DNA of 63,964 bases, the filler included, from Polymyxa betae A26-41 (taxonomy: Eukaryota; Protista; Endomyxa: Phytomyxea): the NCBI GenBank assembly GCA_003693705.1. It is 6 parts of 6 records of this genome, joined end to end, with 100 filler letters (N's around TTAATTAATTAA, not from the genome) between each part and the next. Parts side by side here need not be neighbours in the genome. Positions count along the whole stretch, not along the records: positions 24,465 to 34,012 come from RBZT01000218.1; positions 34,113 to 55,945 come from RBZT01000708.1; 4 more parts are not named here. One strand, written 5' to 3'. The translations under genes and the position numbers were made by a program. Within the stretch, counting starts at the first letter, position 1. Every line of letters begins with the position of its first letter. The notes beneath the pieces were generated by a model. That model saw only the letters and a list, made by a program, of their open reading frames with translations, ran no database searches and was not told where the DNA came from. Shown in pieces: positions 24,555 through 37,049 of the stretch.

Positions 24555-25028
24555 TGTGGTCTGCGGAGAGTGGAAAAATTGGGTGCGAGAGAGAAGTTGC
24601 GGTTCGGAGAGTAGGCATCAACAAAGTTCCATTTTAGCTCAGTTGCTATCTGAAAAAGTACCAAAAATGACGCGGGAGTTCAATTCGCCCCAAAGGTATA
24701 TTTATTTTAGGCAGCTTTGGACAAGCCCCAGTGAAAACAATACAAAATGCGTGACAGAGAGTACAAATCTGCGTATGAGTTTCTCCAATCCCTAACCCTA
24801 ACCCTAAAAGGGGTAGGGGTAGCTGTATATGAATTGCTTCGAAATCAAAACTTTTTCTTGATTTCATTGCCTTTTTACTTTTTTTGCAAAATTTTCTGTA
24901 TCTTTCAAAGTTTTTGAATTCTCTTTAAAAAGATCGAGTATTTTTGCCGAGATTTTTTTTTGAGAAATTTTCAAGAACGCTTTTACTTGTTTGTCTCTGT
25001 TTACTGCTCTGAAGTCATCTGCGTCAGA

Positions 25029-25258
25029 ATGCTTCGAATACGACCCGTGCTGTTAGTGCCATCTACCATCTGTTCGTCGTCCTAATGCGATGGGTCAGTA
25101 CGATCCCGATGACGATCAGTAAGATGCCGAGCGGCGTCCATTTCTTCCATAAAGATTGTGTGGCCAATTGGCGACGATTGCGCCCGAATCCGTCGACTCG
25201 CTTCTCCTGCCCAATCTGTAATCAGTCCTCACCCTATCCTAATAATTCCGCACAATAA
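25029..25258 (+). pseudogene. Degenerate RING-H2 terminal exon
   Basis: ISKMPSGVHFFHKDCVANW...FSCPICNQ. The first Cys pair is broken and the third Cys is replaced by Ser. Confidence 0.7.
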
Positions 25259-27089
25259 ATCATTATATTTCAAGTCTTCTTCAGCATCGATGCTTTATTT
25301 GCAAGATCGATCAAAATCGGATTCGTTAACGCAATAATACTCGGAAATTTCGCCATTCTGAAATCGTTGACGACAAACAAACATTTTCGTTACCGGAGTA
25401 ACAAAACAAACGTTTCAAAGACCTCGCCTATTCAGGGATGCATTCTGATCATGCTTTCGATCAGAAAGCTCTCGCTGGCAGGAGCGCGCGTCCAGTACGA
25501 CCCTTGCCTGTAAAACTTAGTATGATGCATTGCGGTCAATAAGTGGGTCCGAATCCTAGAGACTCGGGAAGGTGAATGCGGCAGGCCGACGCCCTGCCAC
25601 AATGCCAAAAACGAATAAATCCAAATCGTATTTTCAAATTTCCAAGACCCTTTTTACATGAGATCCATTCGTTTTTTGGTTTTTGTGGAAATTTCCTTCC
25701 GCATTCCGTTTCAAGAAGCGACTGAATCGTGCTGGAATCATTGCAGGATTAGGAGAAACTCTGTTGGGAGATTCTTTTGTCTATCGATCATGTCAGTCGC
25801 TGTCGTATTGTCGGGATTTCTGCCTGCTGAAAACCCACCCGAGATTCCCATCAAACTAATTTGTTTCGTTATGACAGGAAAGCCCACGAAAGCAAGTTTG
25901 CTGAAGGCTTAGATTTTTAGCCCTCTCTCTTAGACGTGATTGCCAAGCTCCAACCATTCGATGTGTTTTCAGGCAGCAATTTTTATAGCGATGGATTGCA
26001 AGATTGTCGAGAAAAATTGAGAGGATTTGTTCAGATTTGCATTTATTCAATGGGCTGATTGATTTCGCAGTCTCGAATCGTTGACAGATTGGACATTTAA
26101 AGCTCTCACATCCGCATTTCGTCCCATACTTGGACGCAGTTTTAATGTAAGGAGACGGATGGGCATTGTGAAGACTCCGTCACCTGACCATCGCTAGGGT
26201 TTCTAAAGTTAGGGTTTCCATGTTGGCTCCCAAATCGTTATTAACACTGGTCGATCTCCTACTCTTCCAAGACATTTTGTTGCACGCGTTCGTGCGTTTC
26301 GTTTCTTCTTATCAAGACCGAAGAGATTCGATTCAGGAACAGCTGCTGGAAATCAAAGACAAACAATGCAGCTGAGATTTGCAAAAAGTTCACAATTCGG
26401 CTGTTTCTGTCAAAATGGATTTTTTCAACACTGCAGAATTGACTAAAAATGTTCGCAGAAACTTTTGTAATAAAAAACTGGAATTGTTAAAGCTTTAGGG
26501 TTTATTCGGATGCGATATTGGAAGTGGCGACGCTTGCTTACAAACTATCCGGCAAGCTGGAGAGAATCCGGCCAAAATTGGATACAATAGCTGCTTCCAT
26601 TTAACCAACGGATGCCATGAATATCTTAGAGACCGTTTTTGAAGATTGTCAGCAAAATCGTGGGATTATTTGGAGCTTTTCGAAAAGAAATTATCAGTGG
26701 GCCCTGTCTGCGATTTATGTCGCTGAAAAGTTTTCCGAATTTCGCCTTTCGTGGAAACCCTCTATGCGACCACAAGCCTATCAAACGGTCTCTAAGAGCA
26801 GGCGCCTTTTTACCAGCTAACTGAGTCTAGACCTTATCAATGAGAGAGTGCGTCCGTTTCCAACGGGACGTACTGGCCCAAAATCCGTACGGGGAGTTGC
26901 CCCATCGTAACCCTTCCAGAGGTGAAAGGCAAGTTTAGAGACGAGAAGAAGCTGCTGTCGGATGGGACGCGGCCTCTGCCGGAAGCAGGTGACACTGGGC
27001 TCGGATGATTGGGACTCCGTGGCAGACAAATCGGCTCATCAATCCAGGGCCGGAATCTGCAGCGAGCTGTCCGAGCTGTCATTTGCATA

Positions 27090-27941
27090 ATGTCTCGTTA
27101 TATCATCTACATCGTGTCTCCGTCCTGGCTCTGCTGATGTCGTCGTCGCTCGACCTGGCCCGGTAACGTAAACACAACATGATCCTGCCTCGATCTGATC
27201 GAGTCTGTATAGAGGGCGGCTGTTGCAGGAGAACGACCAGAAGACGGCGTCGACTTCAGGCTCCATTGACCTGGGCGCCATCAGCCGTAAGATCGTCCTT
27301 TATTCGATCCCGATTTTGTTCGTGTTTGGTGTGGCCATCGTTTGCCGCCTTTGTCGTAGTGCCGCTGACGTCTCTCCGAGCCCTGCCATTGTAAAAACCC
27401 TCCGATGTGCTCTCTCAAACCCTAACCTCATTTATCTCAGGGCGTCCAGAGTGATATTTCTATCTCATTACCAGCAGCTGGTCCTGAAATCTCCTTAGAC
27501 CCGCTCTCGAACTCGTCTCGTATCAATGTCCTCAGTTTCTCTGTATTTCTGCATCCTCATACTAACTGTTTACATAGTATCAAGATCGATTGAACGATGA
27601 TTGCGTCGTTTGCCTTGACTCAATCCAAAAGCCGGAATCAGATGTAAGAATTCTGTGCCTTTCTGTCATCTCACTATACCAATCGTGCAAAAATCTTTCA
27701 AAATTGCTGAAAATTTTGGCAATTTCTTTTCGTTTTTTTGTTATATTGCTTGAAATTGCAGGATGTGTCGGATTCTGTGATCAGTATCATGCCCTGCCGT
27801 TCCCATTTGTTACATGACAGCTGCACCAAGGAGTGGGCCAAGGTATCAGCTAAAGGCCCCTTCAAATGCCCAATCTGTAAACAAATCGAGCCCGGTAAAA
27901 CGAGTATTGAAGTCAAGCCCGTAGACGAGTCCACCAATTGA
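27090..27941 (+). pseudogene. Signal peptide-TM-RING-H2 E3 ligase, copy with frameshift in exon 1
   Basis: Same 4-intron layout as 29769-30634. TM IVLYSIPILFVFGVAIVC; RING CVVC...PCRSHLLHDSCTKEW...CPIC. Exon 1 shifts to TGA. Confidence 0.75.
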
Positions 27942-29768
27942 ATAAATTCAAATCGGTGTTCGCTTGGACTAGCCGGAATAGAGCCTATCTCTCAGCATGT
28001 CTATGGCCTGTTCAGTACTTTTCCGAGTCTTTCGTTGAGTAAAGCGGCGAGCCAGGACGCTTCCGTTGCGGCCGCACAAAAGGCGTTGATTTCGGATTCA
28101 GTGGTGGACAATGCCGTAATACTTTTAGTCGAGAAGACCCGAATAGATCCGTTTGTGATGGGATCGAATCCAGAAACCAGTTAAGCAGCTCGGGAACTCT
28201 ACATCCGAGTATCCTTAGATACCGTTACGGACATCTTAAATCTACTCTTTTTTTCAAATCGAATTCACAAAAGAATTCACAAAATCTCACACATGTTTTT
28301 TAACTTGTGTTTGAAAAAATGCGCAGTTTTATTTTGCCCGAAACTGTTTTTTATATCAAAATTTCTTAAATTTTCAGCACAACAGAATTGACTAAATGTT
28401 AGGCAGAAACTTCGGTAAAGAATAACTGGAAATGTTTAGGGTTTTAGGGTTTACTTGGATCTACCCGGGAATAGCGGTCTGATCGTCTCAGCAAACAGAA
28501 AAATGGGCGAATGTGTAACGTCACCAATGACAGGACGGTAGATGTTCTATAATCGAGCCTTACACCAGGTAATGTTTCAGCCGGTATCAACAAGATTCAG
28601 CGTTCATAGTCTGTCGATTTTTCAAACCCAAAAGCGCATTACAAAATTCGTTCAATCAGCATTTGTTTTGAGCACTTTATTGCAGAAAAACGGCTTTGGC
28701 ATCGATGGTTACAAAACTCTCAACAGAACTGACAATCAGAGCTCCAATTATTAAGAATGCTGCATTCATGTTGACGAAACTAGCCGCCAGAATTCATGAG
28801 AAAAGATTGTAGATTATCATATTCTTATACGAAGGATCAGATATAATGACGTTGTAAAATGTAGTGTAGCAAACAAAGATCAAAGTTTTAGAGTTGTTCG
28901 GTGTTGTAGAAGTACAATTCCTCGTGACTAAAATAAGCTCAAATTTGAACAAAACAGGCCATTGACAGAAAGGCAATCTAGAGAGGCTATAATGGAAAGA
29001 AGAAGATTGAGGATGAAGCTGAGAGCGGACAAGAAAAATACTATAGAGAAATGTATAGCTGTATTTCGTAGATCTTAATAGAAAGGAATTCATACAGAGC
29101 TAGAACGGAATTGATCTAAACATCACTCGCAATATGAACAGAAACTCCTTTCTAAGACTGCTGTTCTTCATGTTTCCAAAGAACAGCAATTACGCGATGT
29201 CTCATAGTAGAGCGTTCGGATTGCAATCCGAGCCAATGAATGATGCTTTGAGCGTAGCTCGGAGCTGTTAGGACGGGCGAAAGACATTCGCTCGACGTTG
29301 CCGTATCGGACAAACATGGAGAGCCGAACATCATGCGATCGTTCCCGGTCCGTCATCCTACAAAGCCGAAACATTCGCAATTCCGGACAGAGAACCATTT
29401 CCAGTACGACCCCGGTTCCAGTATGAGATCGTTGGTCTTCGGTTACCATGGAACGTAACTTTCCCAGAATTCTGTCAGCTGATCCGTCTTTGACCAAAAA
29501 TCGGTTCCGAATAAGAGTTCTAAGACCGTCTATCACGCCTTAAAAGGCGTCTCTCAATCATCACATCCAGCGCGTATCTCTGATTGTCATCGAATGGCTC
29601 GAAGCGGAGAAATCCCGAGCGCAGTTTCCAACGCCAGTCAGCGGTCCCCAAAGCTGTAGGACGGACGCGGCCTCGGACGGAGTCCGCGGCCGAGAGTCTT
29701 GGGACTCCGTGGGTCAATTTCGTTCTCCAATCCGTCTCCGTCATTGACCCGAGCTGTCATTCGTCAAA

Positions 29769-30634
29769 ATGGTTCGCTTCATCATCTACATCGTCGTCGT
29801 CCTGGCCCTGCTGATGTCGTCGTGGCTCGACCTGGCCGGGTAACGTAACCAATCCTTGCTGCGGCCTCGATCTGAGCGAGTCTGTATAGAGGGCGGCTGT
29901 TGTCTGAGTCCGACCAGCAGACTATGTTGGTTCCTCCCACCCGGAGCCCGGCCGTCGTCCACAGCAAACTTCTCATTGGGCTCACGGCTTTGATCCCGGT
30001 CGGTTTCGTCGTCATTTGCTGCTTTTGTCCTGGTTCCGATGATGGCCCTGCGAGGATAACAAATGTGAGAAACCCTCCGAACTATTCGTCATATTCAAAC
30101 ATCATTTACCTCAGGGCATTCCCCGTGATATTCCTATCTCAATACCAGAAGAAGTTGTTGAAACCATCACGTTACCAATTCTCACGAACTCGTCTCGTAT
30201 CAATGTCCTCAGTTTCTCTCTATTTGTGTATCATCATACTAACTGTTTTCATAGTATAAAGATCGATTGAAAGATCAGTGCGTCGTTTGTCTTGTCTCAA
30301 TGGAATACCCGGAATCAGATGTAAGAATTCTGTGCCTTTCTGTAACCTCTCTATACCAACCGTGCAGAAATTTCTTAAAATCGCTGAAAAATTTTACAAT
30401 TTCTTTTCGATTTTTTTTTTTTTAAGTTTAATGAAATTGCAGGATGAGTCCAATTCTGAGATCAATATCATGCCCTGCGGTTCGCATTTGCTACATAAAA
30501 GCTGCTCCGAAAAGTGGGTGATCGCGCAGGCGATCCGAAGAGTCCCCATCAAGTGCCCAATCTGTAAACAAATCGCGCCCGGTAAAACGAGTAATGAAGA
30601 CGAGCCCGCCCAGACGAGTTCACCAACTGAATAA
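29769..30634 (+). CDS. Signal peptide-TM-RING-H2 E3 ubiquitin ligase (5 exons, ~200 aa), apparently intact
   Basis: MVRFIIYIVVVLALLMSSWLDLAG|GRLL...LLIGLTALIPVGFVVICCFC...|...|YKDRLKDQCVVCLVSMEYPESD|DESNSEINIMPCGSHLLHKSCSEKW...KCPICKQ. GT-AG introns, one with a TACTAAC branch site. Confidence 0.82.
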
Positions 30635-31290
30635 ATTCAAACCTGTGTTCGCTTGGACCAGAGCAAATGTGTTGAGAACAAACCAAATAGCACTACGTAG
30701 TCAGAGTTTCCGAATTTTAGAGCCCCATATGGGCTAGGGTTAGGGTTTGCTGTGATGCTCATGTAGTAAATCCAGATTGACGAACAGCTGTCGTGTTAAT
30801 AGATCATTTTCCTATCAAAAATTGTGGTAAGTTGGACTCAAATTCCAAAGAGAGAGTTTTAGCACTTGTGGTCGTACTGATGAGGTTTGCGCCCTATAAC
30901 ACGACCGTTAAAGCGAACAGCTTCGGATAGCCAAACTGAGATTCGAGGTCAATTTCGGGCCGGGTTGCCCTTGGCATACAAAGAGCAATAAAGGGTTCAT
31001 TGATTTAAGCGGCCCTTCGAGCGCTCTTTTCTTCAACAAGGTCTTTATCCGATCATCAAGACCCTTCATAAACTGTGATTGCTTTTCGCCATCTAGAGCA
31101 AGGTTGCGCCACTGCGCAAAAATTTTCTCCAAGTTTGCGCGACTGCGCACTTGTCTCCGAAGGGTTTTCATGCAAAGATTTCCCAAGCCATGAATCACGT
31201 TCCGGTCCGAGACTGTCACCTGCCGGAATTTTTCCATTATTGATAAATCCATCATCAAGCAGTAGCAGCTGCATCTCTCATAGACCTATT

Positions 31291-32238
31291 ATGACATCCG
31301 AATCAACGGATCCGCTGTTCTCTGAGCTGCAACTCTCGCAGGTCGCCGAGGCCGTATTCAATAAGGCAGCATGCAGTGATGTAACATTACTAGTGAATGA
31401 GTCTCAATTTTACTGCCATCGTGCCGTTATAGCTCGAGCCAGTCATTTTGTGGACAACTGCATCGATTGGAGTTCCAACAAAAAAAACAATGGCGACCAT
31501 GCGGAATCGAACCTGGGCGTCCAGATCGATTTGCCCGAGATTCGATTTCCAGACGCATTCAGCAGCGCCGAATCGAATCTCGATCCTGTTTTCTGGTTTG
31601 AGAATTATCTGAAATTGGTGTATGGATTTTACAAACCCATGCAAGACGATATTCAAGAGATTTTCGCCATCGTGCAAATCGCTGATTTCATGATCTCTCC
31701 ATCTGTGATCAGCTTTTGCGACTATCTGCTCAAATCCATCGCTTATGATAAGAAAACGGTTCTAAGCGTGGCCATTTTCTGCCAGAAATATTCACTACCA
31801 CGAACAATGGAAACCGTGAAAGGAATTATTGCAGAAGATCCGTACACACATCGTGAGAATCCGCTCCTTTATGAACTGGAAAAGGAGCATTTCGGCGATA
31901 TCGTGAGGATGGCGGATCCTCTGGAGCCTTGGACCTTCTGGATTATCGTTTGTTATGCATGCGGTGTGATCCCCGAAGGCGATGATATCCGGTCCCGGGA
32001 GCTCCGAATCCAAGATGCGGAAATGGTGGATTTCTTCCAAAACCTCGTCCAAGAGATCAGCGAGAATTGGAATCGGGTTGCGCTTGATTGGATCTTTGAG
32101 GATCTCGAACACCACATTGTAACGTTCGATCCTGCGGAAAGTGACCCTCAGTTTCTATACAAAACGATCGCTGCAAGCTACTATCGCTTGAGCCAACAAT
32201 CCGAAATTTTAACGCAGGGATCGGAACCATCAATCTGA
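31291..32238 (+). CDS. BTB/POZ (+BACK-like) domain protein, intronless
   Basis: FNKAACSDVTLLVNESQFYCHRAVIARASHF...YLKLVYG...IVQIADFMISPSVISFCDYLL...FCQKYSL; likely ATG at 31291. Confidence 0.88.
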   Translation: MTSESTDPLFSELQLSQVAEAVFNKAACSDVTLLVNESQFYCHRAVIARASHFVDNCIDWSSNKKNNGDHAESNLGVQIDLPEIRFPDAFSSAESNLDPVFWFENYLKLVYGFYKPMQDDIQEIFAIVQIADFMISPSVISFCDYLLKSIAYDKKTVLSVAIFCQKYSLPRTMETVKGIIAEDPYTHRENPLLYELEKEHFGDIVRMADPLEPWTFWIIVCYACGVIPEGDDIRSRELRIQDAEMVDFFQNLVQEISENWNRVALDWIFEDLEHHIVTFDPAESDPQFLYKTIAASYYRLSQQSEILTQGSEPSI

Positions 32239-32439
32239 CCTCGTATAAGTTTAACCCTAAAAAAACATTAAATTCAATTGAGAGATCGCGAGTAGAGTTT
32301 AGTTCATTTTTGGAGAGTGTTGTTGGTTAGGGTTTAGGGTTTTGGTTTTTCCTGACACGTATTAATGCATTTGATACAGCGGATCCATTCGCAGAAGTTC
32401 TTCGTTCGCGAAAGGCCTGGAGGCTGTTTCCAATCCGGC

Positions 32440-32790
32440 AGCCTGCTTGATGTAACATTACTGGTCGAAGAGACTCCATTGTATTGTCATCATATCGCTA
32501 GAGCTCGAATGAGCCTTTCTGTGCAAAATGGCTTCGATGGGAATGCGAAAAGTATTAGCGTTAAATACGGATTCAAGGGCCGTCATCAGAAAGTTTGAAA
32601 TTCATATGAATTGATGAATGGGTTGTTGAAGACGACATCAGACGATTCTAAAGAGCTGCTCGGGCTGGTTCAAAGCGGATTTGATGATCTCCTCCATCTG
32701 TTATCCAATTCTGCGATTATCTCTCAGCGCAATTGAACTGCATTTTGAACGAGTTTTCATTATGACGCTATTCTGCCGAACAATTCAGGG
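32440..32790 (+). pseudogene. Degenerate tandem copy of the BTB gene
   Basis: LLDVTLLVEETPLYCHH..ARA; gatgtaacattact and ctccatctg..atc...ttctgcga shared with the intact copy. Stops present. Confidence 0.7.
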
Positions 32791-33368
32791 CTGTCCGCAC
32801 GGTTCGTGAATTCTGTAACCAGAAGGCGCATTTCATGGGGTCGCGAATCGACAACAAAGTTACGTTACATTGCCACGGCTTCCGTTTACAGATTATTGCC
32901 ACCCAGGAAGACGTCGCTTTGTTTTCGTCCATTAACCCCTGCTGGATCTAATTCTCTTTGAGCAACAGAAACTAGGGTTTAGGGTTAAAACAGGTCGCTC
33001 TGGATTGGCTGGCTAACAGCGATTCCAACAGATACATTCGAAGGGAAATGCGAATTTCACCAAAATAATCGCAACGATGCTCTCGAAGAGCACAGAAATT
33101 GTCATGTATCAATACACCCAGATATGGACTTCAATTCTGACTGGCGACAGCTCGGGGGCAGTACGACCTGACGACCGACGAGCTCTGCTTTCTAAAATTC
33201 TAATAGAATCGGATTTCCCACCATGAATTCGATTCCGCAACTTTCGTAGTAGAATTCGTATTGCAGCTAAACCCTACAGCATAACCCCTGGCTGAAGCAC
33301 GCTATACACTCGATAGTCAATCACGTAGCTGAAAACCTGGCTGAGCAGCAGCGTCCGAATAAGATCTT

Positions 33369-33910
33369 TGTTGAGCGATACACAAGTCAGGAGTGGTTAC
33401 GGACTATTTCGTTACAAGAACTGAATGAGATAGGAGCAGCGCTCCTGCAAGTCATCTCGGCGGAGCCTCATGACATCATTAATATCTCCTATATAAACAC
33501 ACTCTCAATTGTTGTCGTGGATTTAACAGATTAAGAGTCCCATCGCCAACTATGAGCGTGGAGAACAAGGAAGGCGAAGTGCCATTATTCAATGGGACTG
33601 ACTTCCCTGATTGGAAACGTCGCATGGCCAACTATCTGGTCAGCAAGGATTTGGACATCTTGGTCGGGTTAGATATGAGCACGCTGACACTTTCATCTAG
33701 TCCACCTGTACTCAATGCCAGCGGGAATTCCGATTTAACTTCTCGTAAAGATCTTAAAGCTCGAGCGCTTATTGAAAATAGACTTTCAAAAGGCGTCCAG
33801 CAGTTTATTGAGACAAGTAAAGCGACAACTAGTCATCAATTATGGGCTCGACTGGTTGCTGCTTATCAAAGGACATCAGGATCTGCAACGGTCGTTGTCT
33901 TACATGGAAG
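33369..33910 (+). mobile_element. Ty1/Copia 5' end: LTR (33369-33528), degenerate PBS, gag (UBN2-type) N-terminus
   Basis: TGTTGA...TTAACA LTR; gattaagagtccca (cf. Copia GGTTATGGGCCCA); MSVENKEGEVPLFNGTDFPDWKRRMANYLVSKDL...KDLKARALI..LW..L..AY. Confidence 0.85.
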
Positions 33911-34012
33911 GACTTCGTTGTTATATCATCAACATTGCCGAGATCGGTGCTAGCGGCCTCGTTTGTCCGCCACATCCGTTAGTTTTCAGTCAGGTTTGTA
34001 TTCTTTGTGCTG

Positions 34013-34112
34013 NNNNNNNNNNNNNNNNNNNNNNNNNNNNNNNNNNNNNNNNNNNNTTAATTAATTAANNNNNNNNNNNNNNNNNNNNNNNNNNNNNNNN
34101 NNNNNNNNNNNN
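34013..34112. other. Artificial contig linker
   Basis: N44-TTAATTAATTAA-N44. Confidence 0.99.
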
Positions 34113-34544
34113 TAATATTTAATAAATCTGATACAATGGTAATCTAAAACGCATCTAGGGAATGTTCCATGAGGTCCAAAGTCTCTGAAGATGGTTCTGA
34201 GCTGATTATCACATTGCTGGATAAATTTACCTCCGCATAACCTTTTTTGAATCCAGGCATTAAGACAATTGAAGAGCTGTTCAATATTCCGGAGAGCAAA
34301 ATGCTTAGTGCTATTTTCAACGAACCCTCGCAGCTTATAACATATGTGATCCATCTGGGCAAATCAGTTGCTACACGGCCTGAAATTTGACCGGTCAAAA
34401 CAGCAGATGGAACTACTGTCCGCACCGTATTTCTGTTAACTTTTCGTAAAGATGACAGTGATGATGATGCCGACGTGCTTTGATTGCTTTTTGAGTTTTC
34501 CCAACACCAATAAATGCTCAAATACAATAAAACACTAACTTACC

Positions 34545-36044
34545 GCATCTTGCTAAGGAATATTATGTGTAAGACTAAGCATGCCCGAATAATGTCTGCC
34601 ATTTGGAAGTTGCAGTACAGTAATTCCGTCTATTTGGACTCCTGCTAATAATCCCTGAACCCTGAAATAGGACTTGAAAAGTTAAATAAGACCCTGGACC
34701 CAGGTTGTGAATCCTTCCAGGGTCTTAATAAACAGACTTGCTTAATCAGCGTATCGGTCGATGATATGATATTTCTCAAGGGTCAAGGATCGATTCCGTG
34801 TTCATGCTATAATTGTTTCCTCAGAACTCAGGCAACCACACCGATTTGTTCTGTCATGGTGTTCGGACACAAGGTGAGTTGCCCTAACGTTTGGAGAGAA
34901 GATGTGAGTGCAATGCCAATTTGCCTTTCATTCATTACTTTTTCAAGATTGCAATCCGCCAAAGCACGTACTTCAGTAAATCATACTCGAATTAGGTTCC
35001 TTTGCATTTTTCGCTTAGTCTGTTATGTAAGGCCCTCAAGGCTCATAATTTTGAAAACCTCTTTAAGACCCTCAACCCTGGCTGAAAGTACACTAGTCTT
35101 ATTAGCCGGAATTACTGTATTGCCTGTACGTAATACGATTCGGTTTTTGGTTCGATGAAAGCTTTAAGGTCTTAAACCGATTCTTCAGGATGCCGTTTGC
35201 TCTTTCAACAGCTATCCGTGTCCTCGAGGGTAAATAATCAAACGCGAGCTCATCAGCTGGCGTTTTTCCGCTATTGGAAATGGAATCATTTCGTACACAT
35301 ATCATTTCGGCACAATTTTGTGATTGCTATTACCAAATTGAGAGTAATTGAAAACCGCTTTGTCGTTGGGAGATCCTGGACGTAAATCATACGAGCATAT
35401 ACGGCACTTATAATCTATGACGATTTATGCATTGATTGCAAGGTGAAATTTGCGACAGTAAACACTCCTCAAAATCTTCTGGTCGTTCAATCTCAAACAA
35501 CGATCCATCGATAGCCAGGCACCCGTTTGGGAAACTGCATCGCATGTTTCAACCCATTCCGCATCGTTTTCAGGAACATTGACGAATAGTGGTTCCAGGA
35601 TGTCCCAAAAACTTCTACCACTTGCCAGATAAATCGATATGCAGAACACTTGCTCATGGCCGAATTTTTTAACTGACGACGCTAGATGAGTCAGGTTATA
35701 GAGAGCGACCGCAACTCGTTCCCGAACCAAGAAAACAGGGTTGTGGTGTATAGAATCGTTGACGTGTAACCAATGCTTTTCGACTAGATCGCAAATAGTA
35801 TAGAATATCGACCTTGAACAATGAAACTAATCAATAAACCAACCAATATCGAATGATGCGTGAGCGTCTGCAGTTTCTAATTGCGACTGTCAGAAAGAGA
35901 TTGTCTCACACCCTGCGAAGCAAACGATCGCCCATTCATGTCAAGAAATGCTTCAGCAATTGAATTTCCAACGATGCCACAGCCATCCATCCCGACCCCC
36001 AGGATGCTATCAGTGGAGACGACTCGACAACTCCGTGAGCGCAT
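34545..36044 (-). mobile_element. PIF/Harbinger (HARBI1-like DDE) transposase pseudogene
   Basis: VRERVAVALYNL...P...EW...; SRTRIAVERANGILKNRFKTL; IIRACLVLH. Confidence 0.8.
34618..35117. mobile_element. Tc1/mariner-type MITE (500 bp) with TA TSD
   Basis: TA|CAGTAATTCCG ... CGGAATTACTG|TA. It splits the Harbinger transposase C-terminus. Confidence 0.88.
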
Positions 36045-36472
36045 TACCTAGATGATTATTGCGAATTTCAAGAATTTTGTCCGTGCGCAATTCATAGAGC
36101 CCTAGAATAAGAAAAATAAAAACCCCGTGGCGGGTTTATTTTTTTGAGCCCGGTTATCCTGAATGAGGAATCTGTTTGAAATGAGTCATCTAAGACGTAG
36201 ATTTGCTGTAAATCTGGGCATTAAGCCAGGCCTCGTTAAATTTGGCAGACTAATAATAGATGCCAAATTTACCAAAATTAAGGAAACAAAATATGCCAAA
36301 ATTATCCAGAAAAACATGATTTCGGTTTTGAACAGAAAACAAAGCTTTAACGATTGATACTCGTCGTTCAGTCTATAGTGAAGTTTTTGGGCCTCTTTCG
36401 CCTGAGGAAATCGCTGGTCGTGAACAGCATGAGCATTCTGGGTCTTTTCTGTCGTCCATGGTGATGTCTCAT

Positions 36473-36925
36473 GATTTCTTAAAGACCAAGGGTTGTTTAT
36501 TTCCGCAATGATAAAAAAGAACATGGCCGAATGGGATCCGCAAATGTGGTAACAAGAGCTGGGACAGCTTTTGGTGCGTTTTGTTGACGGAGTTGCAAAT
36601 TTTATGCTTTGAGAGATTCGAAAACAACCCAATCGACCACTGCAAGCCCACCGTTTTCCCCCAAAAGCTTTGCCGGCTGCGTGGTCGTGAGTTTGGGATA
36701 ATTATTGCACAATACCACGGCTTCATTCCGGCAATCATGGCTTCTGGTCAAAGACCCGATTCCCCACATTGCAATCATTTGCAAGAGCCTTGGCAACTCT
36801 GTTTCCAAATACTTCCACTGTCGAGTAGGACATCTCCACTCTTGGGTGGAAAACGAGTACCGCCAGTCAATTGCTGATCTTTTCACTTGAAAGAGTGATG
36901 CAATCAAAGCAGTATAAAAAGTGCG
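36473..36925 (+). mobile_element. hAT-like transposase C-terminal part (inverted relative to its N-terminal part)
   Basis: FLKDQGLF...PTVFPQKLCRLRGREF...SFRQSW...RFPTLQSFARALATLFPNTSTVE*DISTLGW..NEYRQS...SLERVMQSKQ (hAT dimerisation region). Confidence 0.8.
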
Positions 36926-37049
36926 CTTCTCATTGGAAGCCTATTCGCGTTCTTATTCACGTTTCTAATCCCGGTGCAAAGCCCTCAATTTCAACCTACA
37001 CGATCGTCCAAGCATTGCATTCTACGCTGGTGAGTTTTTCAAGGTTTTG

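Noticed and set aside
36112-36146. Hairpin plus T-run resembling a rho-independent terminator
   Set aside because: Eukaryotic context between TE remnants; more likely a subterminal inverted repeat.
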